Below are positions 25,301-39,705 of a stretch of DNA of 64,000 bases, one piece after another. Numbering within the stretch: the first letter of the stretch is position 1; every line of letters begins with the position of its first letter. The position numbers and the translations under genes are program-made. Below the pieces are notes generated by a model. The model was not told the DNA's origin and made no database searches. It saw only the letters and a program-made list of their open reading frames with translations. The DNA is from Lama glama. Lineage: Eukaryota. The stretch covers positions 43,836,001 to 43,900,000 of the forward strand of contig CM052817.1 in the NCBI GenBank assembly GCA_028534125.1, given 5' to 3'.

Positions 25301-27719
25301 AAAAAAAAAAAAGAAAGGAAAGTAGATTTAGTAAAAGCTGTGACCTACTGCCAAAACCTTACTTTTCCCTTTCTTTCTTCAAAGTGTATTTATAAATACT
25401 GATATATATATGTATATATTTTAGTAAGAACCATTCTTCCAATTTTAAAATGTGAAATTCAACAAAATATAGAAAAGAAAGGTCAGTATTTCAGATCCAT
25501 TTTAACTTTTTTCATTCTCTCTCTTCCCAGGCACAGAACAGCAGGAAATTATCTTTTGGCACTGGGGAAGAGAGGTGAGTTTGTATATTTAAAGCCTGCA
25601 AAGACTTACTAATGGCAATCATAACACTTCTTACAGATAAGTTATAAACCAAGATGCTAAACTGTACCTGCAGTAAGCAGACATTTCTTCTTTGGCCTCG
25701 TCTTTCATCTTTTCCTGTCAAGCATTTACTACAACCAATGACCCATTTGTTTATTGCCATGGAACAAAAGCATTGCAATACTACCTCTTTGTTCTGGGGA
25801 GACATCAGGGCCCAGGGGACCAAACAGTATTCTGGGGAGACGGGGTCAATGAACACTAACCTGCCTTTGCCATTTCTTGCCTTTGGGATGTTAAGCAAAG
25901 CACTTATTCATCCGTCTACTCATTTATTTAATCACTTTTTTTCAACTCAGATAATAGCACCAGAGAAGTAAACGTGAGGAAAAGCTAATTAAATAATATG
26001 AAAGAGACCTGTCAATGTGAAATGCTTATTTAATAATTCCTTTAGAAATTGAAAGATCATATACAATTTATTTGTTAAATCAGATTTTTTATTATATAAA
26101 CTATTCCCTGAAAATAAGAAGGGAATTTTTAAAGATAACTTTTAAAGATTATTATAAAATCTTTTAAGTTACTAGGGGAAAAAAACCGTTTCAGAGCCTG
26201 AACTACCATCCTTCTATTTTTAAAGTAATTCTGATTTCAAAATAGAATAAGATTAAAATTGATTTAATGTATTCCTTTAACAAACACTTATTGGACACCT
26301 ACTATGCACCAAGAATATAGTCTATCCCTTGAAAAATTTAGGCACACAAAGATCTCTGGGTATAATCTAATAATGAAATGCTTGTGAAGAGAGAGAACTG
26401 AATGAAAAGAAGTTTCTTCCAAATGCCCACAAGTGTAAGCTATATTGGTAAAATCTACTTTAAGAGGTAGAGAATAACTTTTTTTCACTCTGAGAATCAT
26501 ACCCATTGTCTGAAACTTATTTGCATTCAGCTGATGTCTAAGAGACCTCATAATTCTGGCCAAACACTGATGTGAAAAATAGGCTAATATTTATTTATTC
26601 AGTGAGTATTTTTGAACATCTGTTCTAGGTTAATGAATATTTAAGAAGAATATTAAGAATATTAGGAAATGAATATTTGGCCTGAGAAACATCAAGGCCA
26701 AATTTCTCATTTTATACATAAGAAAAATTGAAGTCCAAGAGGTAAAAAGATTTTTCCAAAATTACACAGCTGGCCAGTTAAGCAAATTCAATTCAGGACC
26801 TGGGTCTGTATCCAGGTTAGGGTACTACAACAAGGAAAGATGCTTCCAGGAGATGTAAGCTCCTTGAGAAAATGAAGCAAAATTTGAAGGAAGACAACAC
26901 TTTAAGATAAATATAAAAAATGTAGCATGATTAGGTGCTTAACAATCCTTTATGACTTTCAAGAAATTACTGCTGAGAGCAGAAAAATAAAACAAAGTAC
27001 AAGAGATACCAAAGGCAAGTTTAACAACTAAGTCTTCTTTCTGAGTTAAAACACTTCTATATGCCCCATAAAAACTGCTCGTATGTTTTAGATGAAAAGA
27101 CTTTCCAACAGCTGGAACAAAATCCATTGCTAAATTCTAGGACTATATGAAGAGCCTGTTGCATTTGGATTAAATCTATGCCGACATATTTCTGTTTTAA
27201 TGTTTTCTTTGCCTTATGCCACATCTTAGTCTGCAAATGTATAATTGTAGGGATAAAAACATAACAGAAATAATAGCTGGTAGAGATTTTAAGCCACATC
27301 ATAAATGATCTTACTGAATTTCCTTACCTGATTTTGACATTGTTGTACTCCCTGAGTGACAAACATTCAATTCATAAACACCCAGGATATAAAAATAGGC
27401 TGTTAGACTCTATATTAAAAATAAATTTTGGAAAGAAATTTTTTTGTTAGCTGTGGTCTGGTCTTATGTGAAAAACATGGGAAAGAAAGCGTTTTTAAAA
27501 ATTTAACATTGGCTGATTTGCAGTTTGCCTTTCAGTATAACAGGCAGCTAATGGCACACGATTTATGCACTGAAGAGACTTAGGAGACTTTGTCTTATGT
27601 AACACACACCATGTGAGACTAGTGAAGACTTCTGAAGATTATACATTATAAGGTATTTCATAGTTACTTCATTTTGGTTTATTATTTCCATCTAATCCTT
27701 CTATTAGAAAATTCTCTCT

Positions 27720-28770
27720 AAGATGTTAATATCCAAAATATTTAAAGAACTCATACAACTCAATAGAAAAAAAAAGAAACCCAAACAACTCAATTAAAAA
27801 TGGGCAGGGGATTCGAAGAGACATTTTTCCAAAGAAGATATACAGATGACCAACAAGTACATGGAAAGGCACCCTATATCATTAATCATTTGGGAAATGC
27901 AAATCAAAACCACCTTCATACCTATTAGGATGGCTAGTATCAAAAAGACAAGTAATAACAAGAATTGACGAATACGTGGAGAAAAAGAAACCCTTGTGCA
28001 CTCTTGGTGGGAATGTAAATTGGTGCAGCTACTATGGAAAACAGTATGGAGGTTCCTCAAAAAATTAAAAATAGACCTACTACATAATTCAGCAATTCCA
28101 CTTCTATGCGTTCATCTGAAGGAAATGAAAACACTAACTCAAAAAGATATCCACAGTCATATTCACTGCAGCATTATTGACAATAGCCAAGACATGGAAA
28201 CAACCTAAGTGTCCACTGATGGAAGAATGGTTAAGGAAAATGTGGTATATACATAAACACACTGGAATACTACTAGCCATAGAAAAGAAGGAAATCCAGC
28301 CATTTAGGACAACATAGGTGAATGGATTTTGAGGGCATGATACTAAGTGATATAAGTTAGAGACAGTGGAAATGTATGATCTCACTTATATGTGGAATCC
28401 AACAAGAGAAAAAAAACCCCAGACTTATAGACACAGAGAACAGATTGGTGGTTGCCAGAGGTAGGGAGTAGGGGTGAGGCAAAATGGGTGAAGGTGGTCA
28501 AATTGTACAAACTTCCAGTTATAAAATAAATAAGTACTGGGATCATAGTATATATAGTATGGTGACTACAGTTAATAATACTGTATCATATATTTGAGAG
28601 TTATTGAAATAGAAGATCTTAAGAATTCTCATCACAAGAAAAAGGAAAATTTGTAACTATGTGTGGTGATGGATGTTAACTAGACTTGTGCTTTTCTTGC
28701 AATATGTACCTATATTGAATCATTATGTCTCACACTTGAAACTAATATGTTAATTATACCTCAATTAAAA
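27720..28770 (+). mobile_element. L1MA-like 3' end (ORF2 C-terminus + 3' UTR)
   Basis: Encodes [27 protein letters not shown]...; 3' UTR ends 'ctaatatgttaattatacctcaattaaaa'. Confidence 0.9.
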
Positions 28771-31700
28771 TAGACCTCTCTGATGATTTCTAGTCATTTA
28801 CCTTGACTTAAAGAAATTGGAGCTGCCCCAATGTTGTGTCACTGAGATAGATCTCCTTCCCCAAAATTTCATTTGAATGAAGAGTCTGAGCATTGTTATA
28901 TTCATTTAATAATACAGTAGCCCTAAATTCCCCAATATTTCAATAATTAGTATTAATTCATTGACATAAACAATCGGGTAAGTGTTCTCATTCTAATGCA
29001 GTCTTCAAAATATAGCTCTTTAGAGTGCTTTTCTTTGGATCCAATGCAATCATTTGGACCTATAGAGACTATTGCCAGGGTTTCTCCAGCTCCTATGTTG
29101 CAAGAAGCACCATCTGTATTAGCAGTTGCTAAGGTCTGGATTCTAAAATGATGAAATGTTTAGTCCTACTAGATGACCACATAATCTATACTAATTTTCA
29201 CAATAGAGGTTGTGGTTCAGAAGTTTCAACATAATTAAACTCACATTTAAATGTAAATAGAAATAGCCTGGAGAAATCATGTATAGCATGAAGAGGCAGA
29301 AGAATCATGCCCTAAGGTAAGAATGAACAAACTTGTGACCTAGATCTGCCACGTATAAGCAGATTTTGTGAATTTAAAGATGTCATTTGGCATCTCTGAG
29401 TTTTCTTATCTGCTAAAAATGACAGTTGTGATATAACTTTGATTTCTTCGAAGCAATGTTGTTGTAAAGCTCAAATGAGCTGATTATACATCAAAAAGTT
29501 TTGTGAATTGTAAAGTGCTATACAAAATCAGAAATATACTAACAAAGTATTTGTTTTAAAAATGCTAAATAGTACTTCATTTTCTTTCTTTCACTAAAAT
29601 TGGAAAAAAACTGGAGAGTTTTAGAATAGAATTATATATTTTTTACTTTAATTCATTTTGTTGGACCTTTGCTACACAAGTCAGAGAACTATATTTATTG
29701 TCTCATCTGATTTTAATGAGGAAATATTGTTAATAACAGACAGCATGCATATGTCCACCATTAAGAATTTTAACCAGTTTCTGGAATATATTATGTGTTA
29801 AAGGGGATAAAAAGAGAAACACACAAGGTACAAATTTTCCATTTTACTAATGCGACATTTACTAAATATCTTCTGGGGAAAATACAGAGAAAGCTATTCT
29901 CCTGAAAGTTAGGAATGGCCAACTTGAAGTACAGAAAAACTTTTGTAAGAAATGAAAAGAAGCCGAACTTGAAAGATAATCAAGGAAAAGCCTCCAGGGA
30001 AGTCTTTTTTCCAGTCAAGAAGGATGTACTCAAAGCTTGCTTAAATAGAGAGGGGAAAGAGCTATTAGAACAATAAGAATTGTTGATATGAAAGAATATA
30101 AGAACGGTGTCAAGGGAAGATGAAACAGGCAAGGAAGAGGAAGCACAAAAGCACAAGTGTTCTTAAGGAAGGGAGAAGTGGGAAATGCTCACCAAAAGAG
30201 AGCAAGGTAATGCACTGGGGAGCTTTAGACATCCCTGAGGTCACACGCTGAAGAAAGTTATTTATGTCTGTGTCTGTCTCTGCCACTAGATTTTTAGCTC
30301 CTTAAAACAAGATGCCATATCTTATTCATACTTGTGTCTCCCAGAGCAACTAGCTCAGTTCCTTGTTCACAGAAGGTACTCAGTGGGTACTAGGCTGAAC
30401 CTGAATAGAAGTTGCCTGTACTGCCGTTTAGGTGCTGGCTATGAAACACTGTGATAGGAACATAGCAAGACAAGGCTCAATAAGTATATACTGGCTCATT
30501 CATTGATTATACACTTTCTTAGTGAGCACCATGTGCTAGGAAGGCTGTGAGGCCAGATCAGTGAATCTTATGTGTTAGGATTCTGTTTTTCTTTACAAAA
30601 ATATAACCCAGATCTTCCAAGTTTAGCATTAGGAAAATTGCCAGATGATCAGGAGGCAGTTGGACCACATGGCCCTGCCTGTTTTCCTCTGGCTTTCCCT
30701 AGCCAATGGGGTCTTGAAACTGACTGCCATTGAGACAACTGTGCTGGGGGCTGTGGGGGTTGGTAAAGGTCCTCCTTTTGGCATCCGGTCCAAGCATGAA
30801 CAAATGACCCTCTCTTCATTTCCTATAATACAGCTAAAATAGTGTACTAAAGATTGAAGGACAAAAGATAAATCAAACTGAAAATGTAGCATGAATTTGG
30901 AAAATCTGGGTTGAAGTTATACCTTGTCTCCAAAGCTCATGTGCTACCCTGGAGGAGAAAAAAAGACAATTAAAACACAAACAAACCTTATCTGTGTCCT
31001 TCCTTCTTGGTTCCCATATGGTGGATCAGGGAGTCATTTTCAACAGTATTTGCCATAAGTACATTTCCAAACTTTCTGACTCCTTGACCTTTAGAGATCA
31101 AATTTCATTTCGTATCAATTTTGGATCCACTCACTCACTCAAACTTCCATGCCTGAGTTCTAGCTTCTTTCCCTGGGCATTATTATCAAGAAAAACCTAG
31201 TTCCTCAGACTGTATCACAACCTAATAAGCTAGACATTCTCTCAAGAGATGCACATATTACAGTATCAGTGAGAAAGTTAGTCCATACAGAAAGGGTACC
31301 ATATGCTGTAGTGTCTTCTTTCATTCTTAATCAAGGAAACAAGCTCTGTAGCTATTAAAATGGTAATAATATAGAACTAAAAGTTTGTTGATTGTGTCCA
31401 AATATCCCACCACTTTTCATACACACCACTCAGAAAGAAAAAAAAACCCTGTCCAAAATTTGAATCCTGAACGTTTTGGCTCAAAGCATTCTGTGACGGG
31501 GAGGGGACTGTGGGAAAATGACAGAGGGGGAAGAGAAGCTACTCTTCTCAAATTTCCCCTAGTGCTTGCATTGTTTTAGCAACACTCACGAATATCTCAT
31601 CTTGTCTTTGCAAAAACTCCATGAATTCAGCTCATTTTATAGGTGTGGAGACAAAATACAAAGGATCTAAGCAAGGAAGTCTGTTCATGTTTAGCTTGTA

Positions 31701-32899
31701 ATTGTGCTAACTTTGAATTCAGCTTCTTGTAGTCACTCAATAGATATTTACTGTGAATTTACAATGTACGAGCATCACAATATAACGTAGTAGAAACATA
31801 GGGGCGTACATGCGTTATCTTCAAATTACTTCCACTCTAGTAATGGAGGAAAAAAACACTCCACTAATGAGGAGGTCATTCATAATCACTGAAATGATAT
31901 TTTCAGATGACAATAGTCAGGGAATGAAAGCAACCATCCAGTCATTTAAAAGATGCATGGCTGGTAAGGAAAAGAGGTGATGAACATGTAATAATATACT
32001 CCCTGGACATGTTAGTTCAGGTTAAAAATTCTCAAGCTCCTTTAAAATTTGAATTTGCTTAGTTATGTTGAGTCATTGATTCAGAAACGGCCCGAGGGTA
32101 GGGACATTAATTAGAACCAATTGTAACAGATCCAAATCTAACACAGTTCTTCACTTTAAAAGGCAGGGAGAGAAGGGACTGGGAACGGTGTCATGTTTCT
32201 AGAAAGATCAAAAAGGAAAGGCAATGATACAGGGAAACTGCATCAGAAGGTAAGAAGAGAATTGAAAAGAAAGAGAATGGTTGCTCTAAGAAGTAATATA
32301 GACCATCTCTGGCAATATATTGCTGTGACTAAGTACATGAACTTAAACATCAAAAAGACCTGGATTGGGATCCTGGCTCCCTTGAAGAAAGTTATTGGGT
32401 ATCCGTGATCCTCAGGTTTCTCATCTGTAAAATGGGGAAAATAATACTCCTTACCTTTATGTGGCAATTGTAAAGGTTAAATAACCAAATCTACGTAAAA
32501 TGTCTGGGACATTGTGTGTTCTCAGCTGGTGGTTCCTGTTATGATTATTCAGTGATTTAAGGAGGCTGTGTCCTTGAACTTAGTGAACAGTTGGTAATCC
32601 ACTAGTGCATATTAATTCAGCAGAATGCTAAGCAACATTTGAAATATATTCATACAGTATGTGCCCACTCATGGATGGGGGCATTTTGAGAGTCTGTAGG
32701 GAAGTTTTTTGTTTCTTTGTTTTAATTGAAATATGGTTGATTTACAATGTTGTATTAGTTTCTGATACACAGCGTGGTGATTCAGTTATACATATAGATT
32801 CTTTTTCATTGTAAGTTGTTACAAGTTAGTGAATATAGTTCCCTGTGCTGTACAGTAGGATCTTGTTGTTTATCTACTCTGTGTGTACTGTTTGTATCT

Positions 32900-33945
32900 G
32901 TTAATTAGGGGAGGTTTTTGGGTATCATAATCACACTAGTAGGAGTGGGAAGTGATACTTGGGTTTAGTGGGCAGGGGCTGGGGATGCTAGATGACCTAG
33001 AATTCTCAGGAAAGTTCTGCACATAGAAGGATGAATGCTCATGCATTCTACTTGGTTTTCAGATGTCTCTCTAGACATTTACATGTGTAAAAAACTCATG
33101 TATATGATCTGAACCTAGACATCAACTCCATTTTACTCAAAGCATAAATGTTTTTTTCCCATGGTTTTAATATAAATTTTCTAGGAAAGCAGCTGTTATG
33201 TAAATATAGGAAAGGATGTACTATGTTTTGTTTGGAATTTTACCAAGAGTAGTTCACCATCTTGGTAGAACCATGTGATTCATGCTGATGTCATTCCTAT
33301 GACAAATCAACACATTTGTATATCAGTCTGTTTTCGTAGCCATGACATTCGCGTTAAAGCTACAGGAGAAAGACAAGTATTGTAATTATTTCACTTCTAT
33401 GTGAAATATAAAAAACAAACAAAACCAAAATAAGTGAACAAACCAAACCAAACACAAACACATCAATACAGAAGATAGAGTAGTGGTTACCAGAGGGGAA
33501 GTTGGGGGAGGGAGGGGTAGGCGAAATGAGTTTTAAAAAGAATCAACTGTGTGATGACAGATGGAAACTAAATTTTTGGTGGTGAGTACGCTGTGGTGTA
33601 TACAGAAGTAGAAACATAATGTTGTGCACATGAAACTTATATAGTGTTATAAACCAATGTTCCCTAAGTAAAAGAGAAGACTACTCAAAGGTCCAACCAT
33701 CTAACTTCTTCATTCTGCCTTCTAATGAAGTCGTGCCTGAGCATTTCATATATTATTTCATTATAAATTGCTTTGCTTTTAATTTTCCTACATATTATAG
33801 CTAAAGTATTGTATTTTTTAATAAATTGCTTATGTATATACAATATATTATCTGTGCATCTCAACTCAGGATAATAAAGCAAGTATTACAAAATATTTGC
33901 TATGAAAGGAGAGTGTTGGGTCTGATGGGGCTGACAGCCATGCTC
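32900..33945. mobile_element. Degraded DNA transposon (hAT-Charlie-like) interrupted by an L1 3' end at ~33385-33672
   Basis: L1 end 'gtagtggttaccagagggga...gatggaaactaaatttttggtggtgag...aaaccaatgtt'; host assignment tentative. Confidence 0.5.
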
Positions 33946-36900
33946 TAGAATTGTATTTAATGTCATGAAAATACATTAACAATATAAGGTCAAGCGAAAA
34001 AAAAAGTAAATTCAAAGCACTGCCTATGGATTGGTTCCATTTTTATAAAGAATCAAACAAAAAACTAAAATTTATAAGAATTTGCACTCCTCTCCCAATA
34101 ATACCTTATGGGATCACAGTAACCCAATTGAAGAGGCCTCCTCTTACGCGCTATATAGTTTTGTAGCATTTTGGTCAAATAATTTGCTGTATTTCAATTA
34201 GAGAATTATAGAAGTGTATTGATTTCCCAGGAATCAGATAGAAAATGAAATATTGATTCTAAATTTAACCCAAGTCATTTAACTTTCATAAGTCTATTTT
34301 TTTAGGTGAAAACCCTTAAGATATATGATCAATAACATAAGATTTCCACCTTTCTGGTTCTATGATTCTAAAGCAAAACTTTGCTGATTATATAGGTGAA
34401 GGTAGTGTTTCCCCAACTATTCTCTACTTGGGGGCATTTATGGGTGTTAAGTAAATAGAATTCTGTGGTTAATATGTCTGAGAAAACACTGGCTTAAATG
34501 GAGTAAAACATGTTTCTGAAGGTAAGAGTTTTCAATTTTCTTGTTAAGCTTAAGAATATTGTGAATTTTCAAGAGAAGTGCAGGATGCAGCATTTCCTGT
34601 ACATGTTTGACCACAGAATCTCCCCTCTCCCTATACCCTGAGAATCTCATGGAAGTGGTGTTCAGCATGGAGGGTGTTGGGACACACTAAGATGGTGTAT
34701 ATTTTAGTATATTTTAGAAAAGTTTTTATTTTCCAAAGACTGAATCTCTGTGGTTAGTTTTCAGGCATTATAACAAGCATTAGAGAAAATAGTTTTTGTG
34801 TAATGATTCTCTTAAATGATGTTATATGTTGGAATCAGAACTTTTAAGTTCAGGTTGCTAGAAGGAAGGAACTGAAAAGGTTAACAAAAGAACACAAATT
34901 GTAATGTGTAATGAGCATGAGTCATTTTAGAGCTAAAGGGTGAAATAGAGGCTCTCTTCACATCAAAAGATTGATCTGTTTCAAAAAAAAAATCCGTCCA
35001 AAAACACCAGGTTTGGTTAGCCTACTCAATTAAAATAAGTCTAAAAGTTATTTATACAAAGACTGCACAGTGTAGATGTAGAAGAAACGTAATATTACAC
35101 GTGGAAAATAAACAGGAAGAAATTAGATGATTTGAAATGTTAGAAATAGTGTGCTTTCTTGGTTATTTTTGAGGATTAGGCCACCAATATAAACAAGCTA
35201 AATTAAAAACTGGAGTATAATTCTAGAAAGAACACAAATAACAAGATTATCCCTGTTGCAGAAAAGAGCATAATTCCTTTAACTAGTGATTATTTTAAAG
35301 GTCAGCTGGTGGAAGTTCACTGAATTTGTTTTGTGTAGGTGTATCAGCAGTCGGTATTAGTTAAAAAAAAAACCCTAAGGGTTGACATTTAAAGAGTTAT
35401 TTTAGATTATATAAATTTCAAATTTCAAAATGTAAATTATTTAATGAGTGGAATATCTGTTGAAAATTTTTAACATCTAGTTTATTTGCCCTGCCATACA
35501 TGTGTTTCTGGGCCACAGTTTCCTGCACATGATGGTTTATGAAAACAAATCTTTTTTTTCCTTTTATTATGACTGTATTATTCTTTTTGATCAGTTTGTT
35601 TTGGCTTCATTTGCAAGGATTGTCAGCTATCTCTAAATTGCCTCTTTGTCTTCTCTCCTGTGTGTCTATTATGTCTTTGATTAATCTGCCTTTTTAACTT
35701 ACTTTTTAAATGCAAACTAATCTTCATAACATCATGAAAGTAAGTCTACCATCAAAATAAAAAAACAAAACAGTCAGATAATGGATTCTAAAACCAATTT
35801 AAGGCTTAACTAACATATAAGGTCCGTAAGGGCAAAATCAATAGGGAAATCTGTATTTTGCCAAATAGTTGTTAAGTATCTACAGGCAACAAGTCATTGA
35901 GCTAGACTTCTGGGGGAGAAAGCTGTTATCACTCTAATCCAGGGTCCAAATTTATCATCAATTTTTGTGAGTCAACCAGATAGTATGTGTCTTCCTATGG
36001 GAGGCAACATGACACACACAATGTACCTGTGATGTAGTCTAGCTAAAAATACTTAATTTCAATCCATTGAAGTTTTGGATGTAACATCCAGGTTACAGAA
36101 AGCATAGGGGATAGTGGAACAAAACAAATGATAACACAAGGAAGCATGAGGCAAACTGGAAAGTGTGACATTCTCCAGAACAATTGTCTTGGTTCCTTCA
36201 GCAAGTCAGGGGCAGAAGAACAGGACAGAGCTAGATGAAGAGAGACTTAGCCATATTAACTGGATGCAAAGGGCCGCTGGGTCTAAAGTGCAACTCCCCA
36301 CTTTCTTTTTCACATCAGATGGAGTAAACTGTGTCTCTAGCTCCAAAGTGTTAGTTGGACATCTGGGCAGAGCCTCCTCAGTGCCTCCCTCTGGGAGGAC
36401 ATGGCCTGCCATCTCTCTCTGTTCCACCTGTCGCTGCCTGTCCACCATTCTCCTTCTTGCTGATCCAGCTTCTCACGTACCATAGGCTAAGTCAGCCAAC
36501 CAGCCATTTTCATTTCTGTGGGAAAGAATCCCTGAAGTTGGCCACAGCTCAATAGTGTAGTTAGTTCAACAGTCTCTTTAGCACAGTATGGGACATATTT
36601 TTAGAGGCTATGTGATAAATGTCCTTTATTGACAGGGAAAAATTCCAGAAAAATGTACTTGGTTTTTGAAAGAAATATAAAAAAGCTTCAAATAGCATAT
36701 TTAGAGAACATGAAATATCAATTCCCCCCAGTACTTTCAGAAAATTATGGTACTATGCATGTTTTCAGAGTAACGTGCCAGATAGTGAAATCTTGATGAA
36801 ATGTACACTGTCTTTCTACCTCTTTGTTTTTTGAGGCATTTCTACTTCTCTATTGAATGTGCCGATATTTTAACTTAAAAGTATGCAATAAGAATAAAAG

Positions 36901-37689
36901 CAAAAAGAAATCCAAAGGTTGAACATCTCTATTCTTTTGGAAATTTGGAATTTCATGGAAATTTCTCATCTGAAAATCATCCCTGTAGCAACTGACTATA
37001 ACTTTATTAACAGATTCACATTTCAGTGTGAGGCCTGGGTTGATGTCATATAGTCTTTCTTTGATTTCAATCCCTAGCTCTTGCTTGCTGCACAGAACTG
37101 CAGGTTGCCCTGAAAAACAAGAACAAGGAAAACAAAAAAGCATTTCCTTTCTCAATCCTTTTAGCAAGAGAACACGGTGACATCAGTATTTTGGTAAAGC
37201 AGTTATGTGAGTCAACCCAAGCATGAGCATGTAATCTTCTTCCATCCACCAAGAGTTGGTCAGGTAAAAATATTAATTTAATTTATCAGACAATTGTAAG
37301 TCCAGCGCTATTAAAGGAAGGAAAGAAGAAAAAAGTAAGGTAGGGGGGTAGGTTGGTTCTAGGGAACTGCTTAGGTTGTGCTGTCAGAAAACAAGGCATT
37401 TTGGCTGATAATAAAGAAGTTCATTTCAGGAAAAGAGCCAGAAGAGAAATATTTCTTTTAACCATTTACTTTCCTTATTATAATAGCATAATTAGAAGAC
37501 ATAACATATAGATTTTTTGTTATTTTTATTTCTCATATTTTCACTTCGTTATCTTCATCTTGAAGTTGTTTAGGGTATATAATGTCTTGTTTTTATTCCT
37601 CAGTTTTTGACAGACATGGAAGCTGCAAAATAAAAAGCTGGGCAAATTGCCAAAGGTAGCAAAACTATTAAGGACAGAATAGGAAATAG

Positions 37690-37786
37690 TGGGTGGGTAT
37701 AGCTCAGTGGTAGAATGCATGCTTAGCATGCAGAAGGTCCTGGATTCCATCCCCAGTACCTCCATTAAAAAAAGAAAAAGAAAAAG
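37690..37786 (+). mobile_element. Camelid tRNA-Ala-derived SINE (vic-1-like)
   Basis: gggtgggtatagctcagtggtagaatgcatgcttagcatgcagaaggtcctggattccatccccagtacctcca + A-rich tail. Confidence 0.9.
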
Positions 37787-39089
37787 AATTGAAAGTAGAA
37801 CACATCACTCCTGCCTCCCAATCCAGTGCAAAAAAGATATGTATATTTCCACAATTTTTCAGGCTATGGTCACCTGGAGATTATTTGTGAAGAGATTTCT
37901 TGAATTGAACACATGCTTTAAGCATTTTCTACTTGTGGTTGTATCTTTTAATTATGCCAGTGTGTTTTGTTATTGTGACTTTTTTTTTACTCTAGATAGA
38001 ATCTGATGGAAGAGAGCACAGTAGCAGCTCCCTGAAAATATCTTTGAAAAATTCACAATACTAATATGTCAGCACAAGCTTGTATACTATATTTATTAAC
38101 TTAGTTAAGAAACATTGTCTACTACTTTCAAGCTTAACATTTACTATTTTGTTTTCATGCCAACCCTGCAAACATGTATTATATTTATGTTTCAGATGAA
38201 ATTGAGCAACTTGCCTGGGATCATATATAGTAAGTGGCAGAGCCAGAATTTGTACCCAGATTGGTCTTACTCCAAAAGCCATAGGATCTCTATGATATCA
38301 AGTTTACATGTCAGAGTCCCTTCTCGCAAAGTGCTGTGGGTGTTCAGATAGAGAGTAAGATATATCTCGTTGGGGGAGAGGGATGGATGCAGAAGACTTA
38401 ATGAAAGAAGCATTAGAGCTCAGTGCTTGAAAAATGTGATTGTTTGATCATGTAAAATGAAAGGTTGAGAAGTGTAAGCCAAGAACAATGTAAACAAAGG
38501 TATAGAGAGGGAAAGTCAGAGCATATTTAGGGAGCAAGTCTGGATGGATGAAACCTAGAGTGAGTGAAGGAGAAATGCGCTAAGTTTGGAAAGGTGTTTG
38601 AGGTTATAGAGGTCCTTTAACAAAAGGCAGTGAGGAGTCTTTACTGACTACCAGTGGCTTACAAATATAGGTATGAATGTAAAACACACAGTCCTAAAAT
38701 GTCAATGGTATGTGGGCTAGGAGAATGGCCCTCTTAAGAGGTTTTTTTAAAAACAACTTATAAGCAATAATGGAATCCTTCTACTTGACAACATCAAATT
38801 TAAATATAGTGTTTGGGATACCAAAAAACAAAAACAAGAAACAATTGCTACTGAGAGAGAGAAAGAGATGGGGCGGTTGGGGTGTGGGGGGAGACAAAGA
38901 TATTCGTTTGTAAAAACATACCATGAAAGTTTTGTTGAAAGTATCTTGCTTTAATTTAAACATAAATCTGCTTTGTGAGTTAAAACTTTTAGTTATGAAA
39001 CTCAATGCAATGCTTTAACTCTATTTCTTTGGACTCATCAGGCATTCAGTGTTGAGGTGATGGATTGTATATATGCTGCACTTATACTG

Positions 39090-39705
39090 AGGATCCCCAG
39101 GAGTTTATTTCTGCTGTGTTTAACTGAAACAGTTTCCCAGTTTCCCTTTCAGCTAGTTGTGTCCTGTCATTAAGTTTTGGCTAATGAATTCTAAACAAAT
39201 TTTTTTTTGGTGGGTCTTCTGGAATAGTGCTTAGGAGTGGGAATAATTTTTGCCCTAGCAGGAAAATGGATAGGATAGTTGAGATCCCAATGACCGTAAT
39301 ATCTGTGATAACCTCTTTGATGCCTTTGAACAGACTAGAAAGAAGCACTCATCCTTGCAGGTGAATTAGAAACAGTTCCTCTTCTGGGTAGATGCCGTAC
39401 CTCACAGTATCTAGACATCACTGGCTTCTTGGTTGGGCACTTTTGCAGTAAACAAACTGCACAACCATGTGAGATGGCCCTGGCAGCCATATTGGTTTAT
39501 GAGGCAGGAAAAAAATGCATGTTCTAAAGATAGCAAGGCCAAAGACAGAAGGAGACAGGTCCTGCTGACCATGGATGTGCCATATCAGTCCTGAACTGAC
39601 AATTTCCAGAGCTGTTTTTTGTAAGATAAAAATACAATTTATTTCATCTGTGACTGTTATTTCTGATTTCTTTTATCAGCAGCTAATTGCTAGTAAATTA
39701 AGACA
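39090..39705 (+). mobile_element. Old ERVL LTR (LTR16-like) with a probable nested hAT-Tip100 MITE (~39290-39482)
   Basis: 'tttcccagtttccctttcagctagttgtgtcctgt...aagttttggctaatgaa'; nested end 'gcagtaaacaaactgcacaaccatgtgagatggccctg'. Confidence 0.45.

Noticed and set aside
24906..25971. Cluster of ~100-130 aa ORFs, one Lys-rich
   Set aside because: No recognisable protein, splice structure, poly(A) or TSD; not supportable as a gene or processed pseudogene.
37690..37764. tRNA-Ala(AGC)-like sequences (also ~20083-20158 and ~44922-44996)
   Set aside because: They have A-rich tails, mutated stems or boxes and occur as dispersed copies: SINEs, not tRNA genes.
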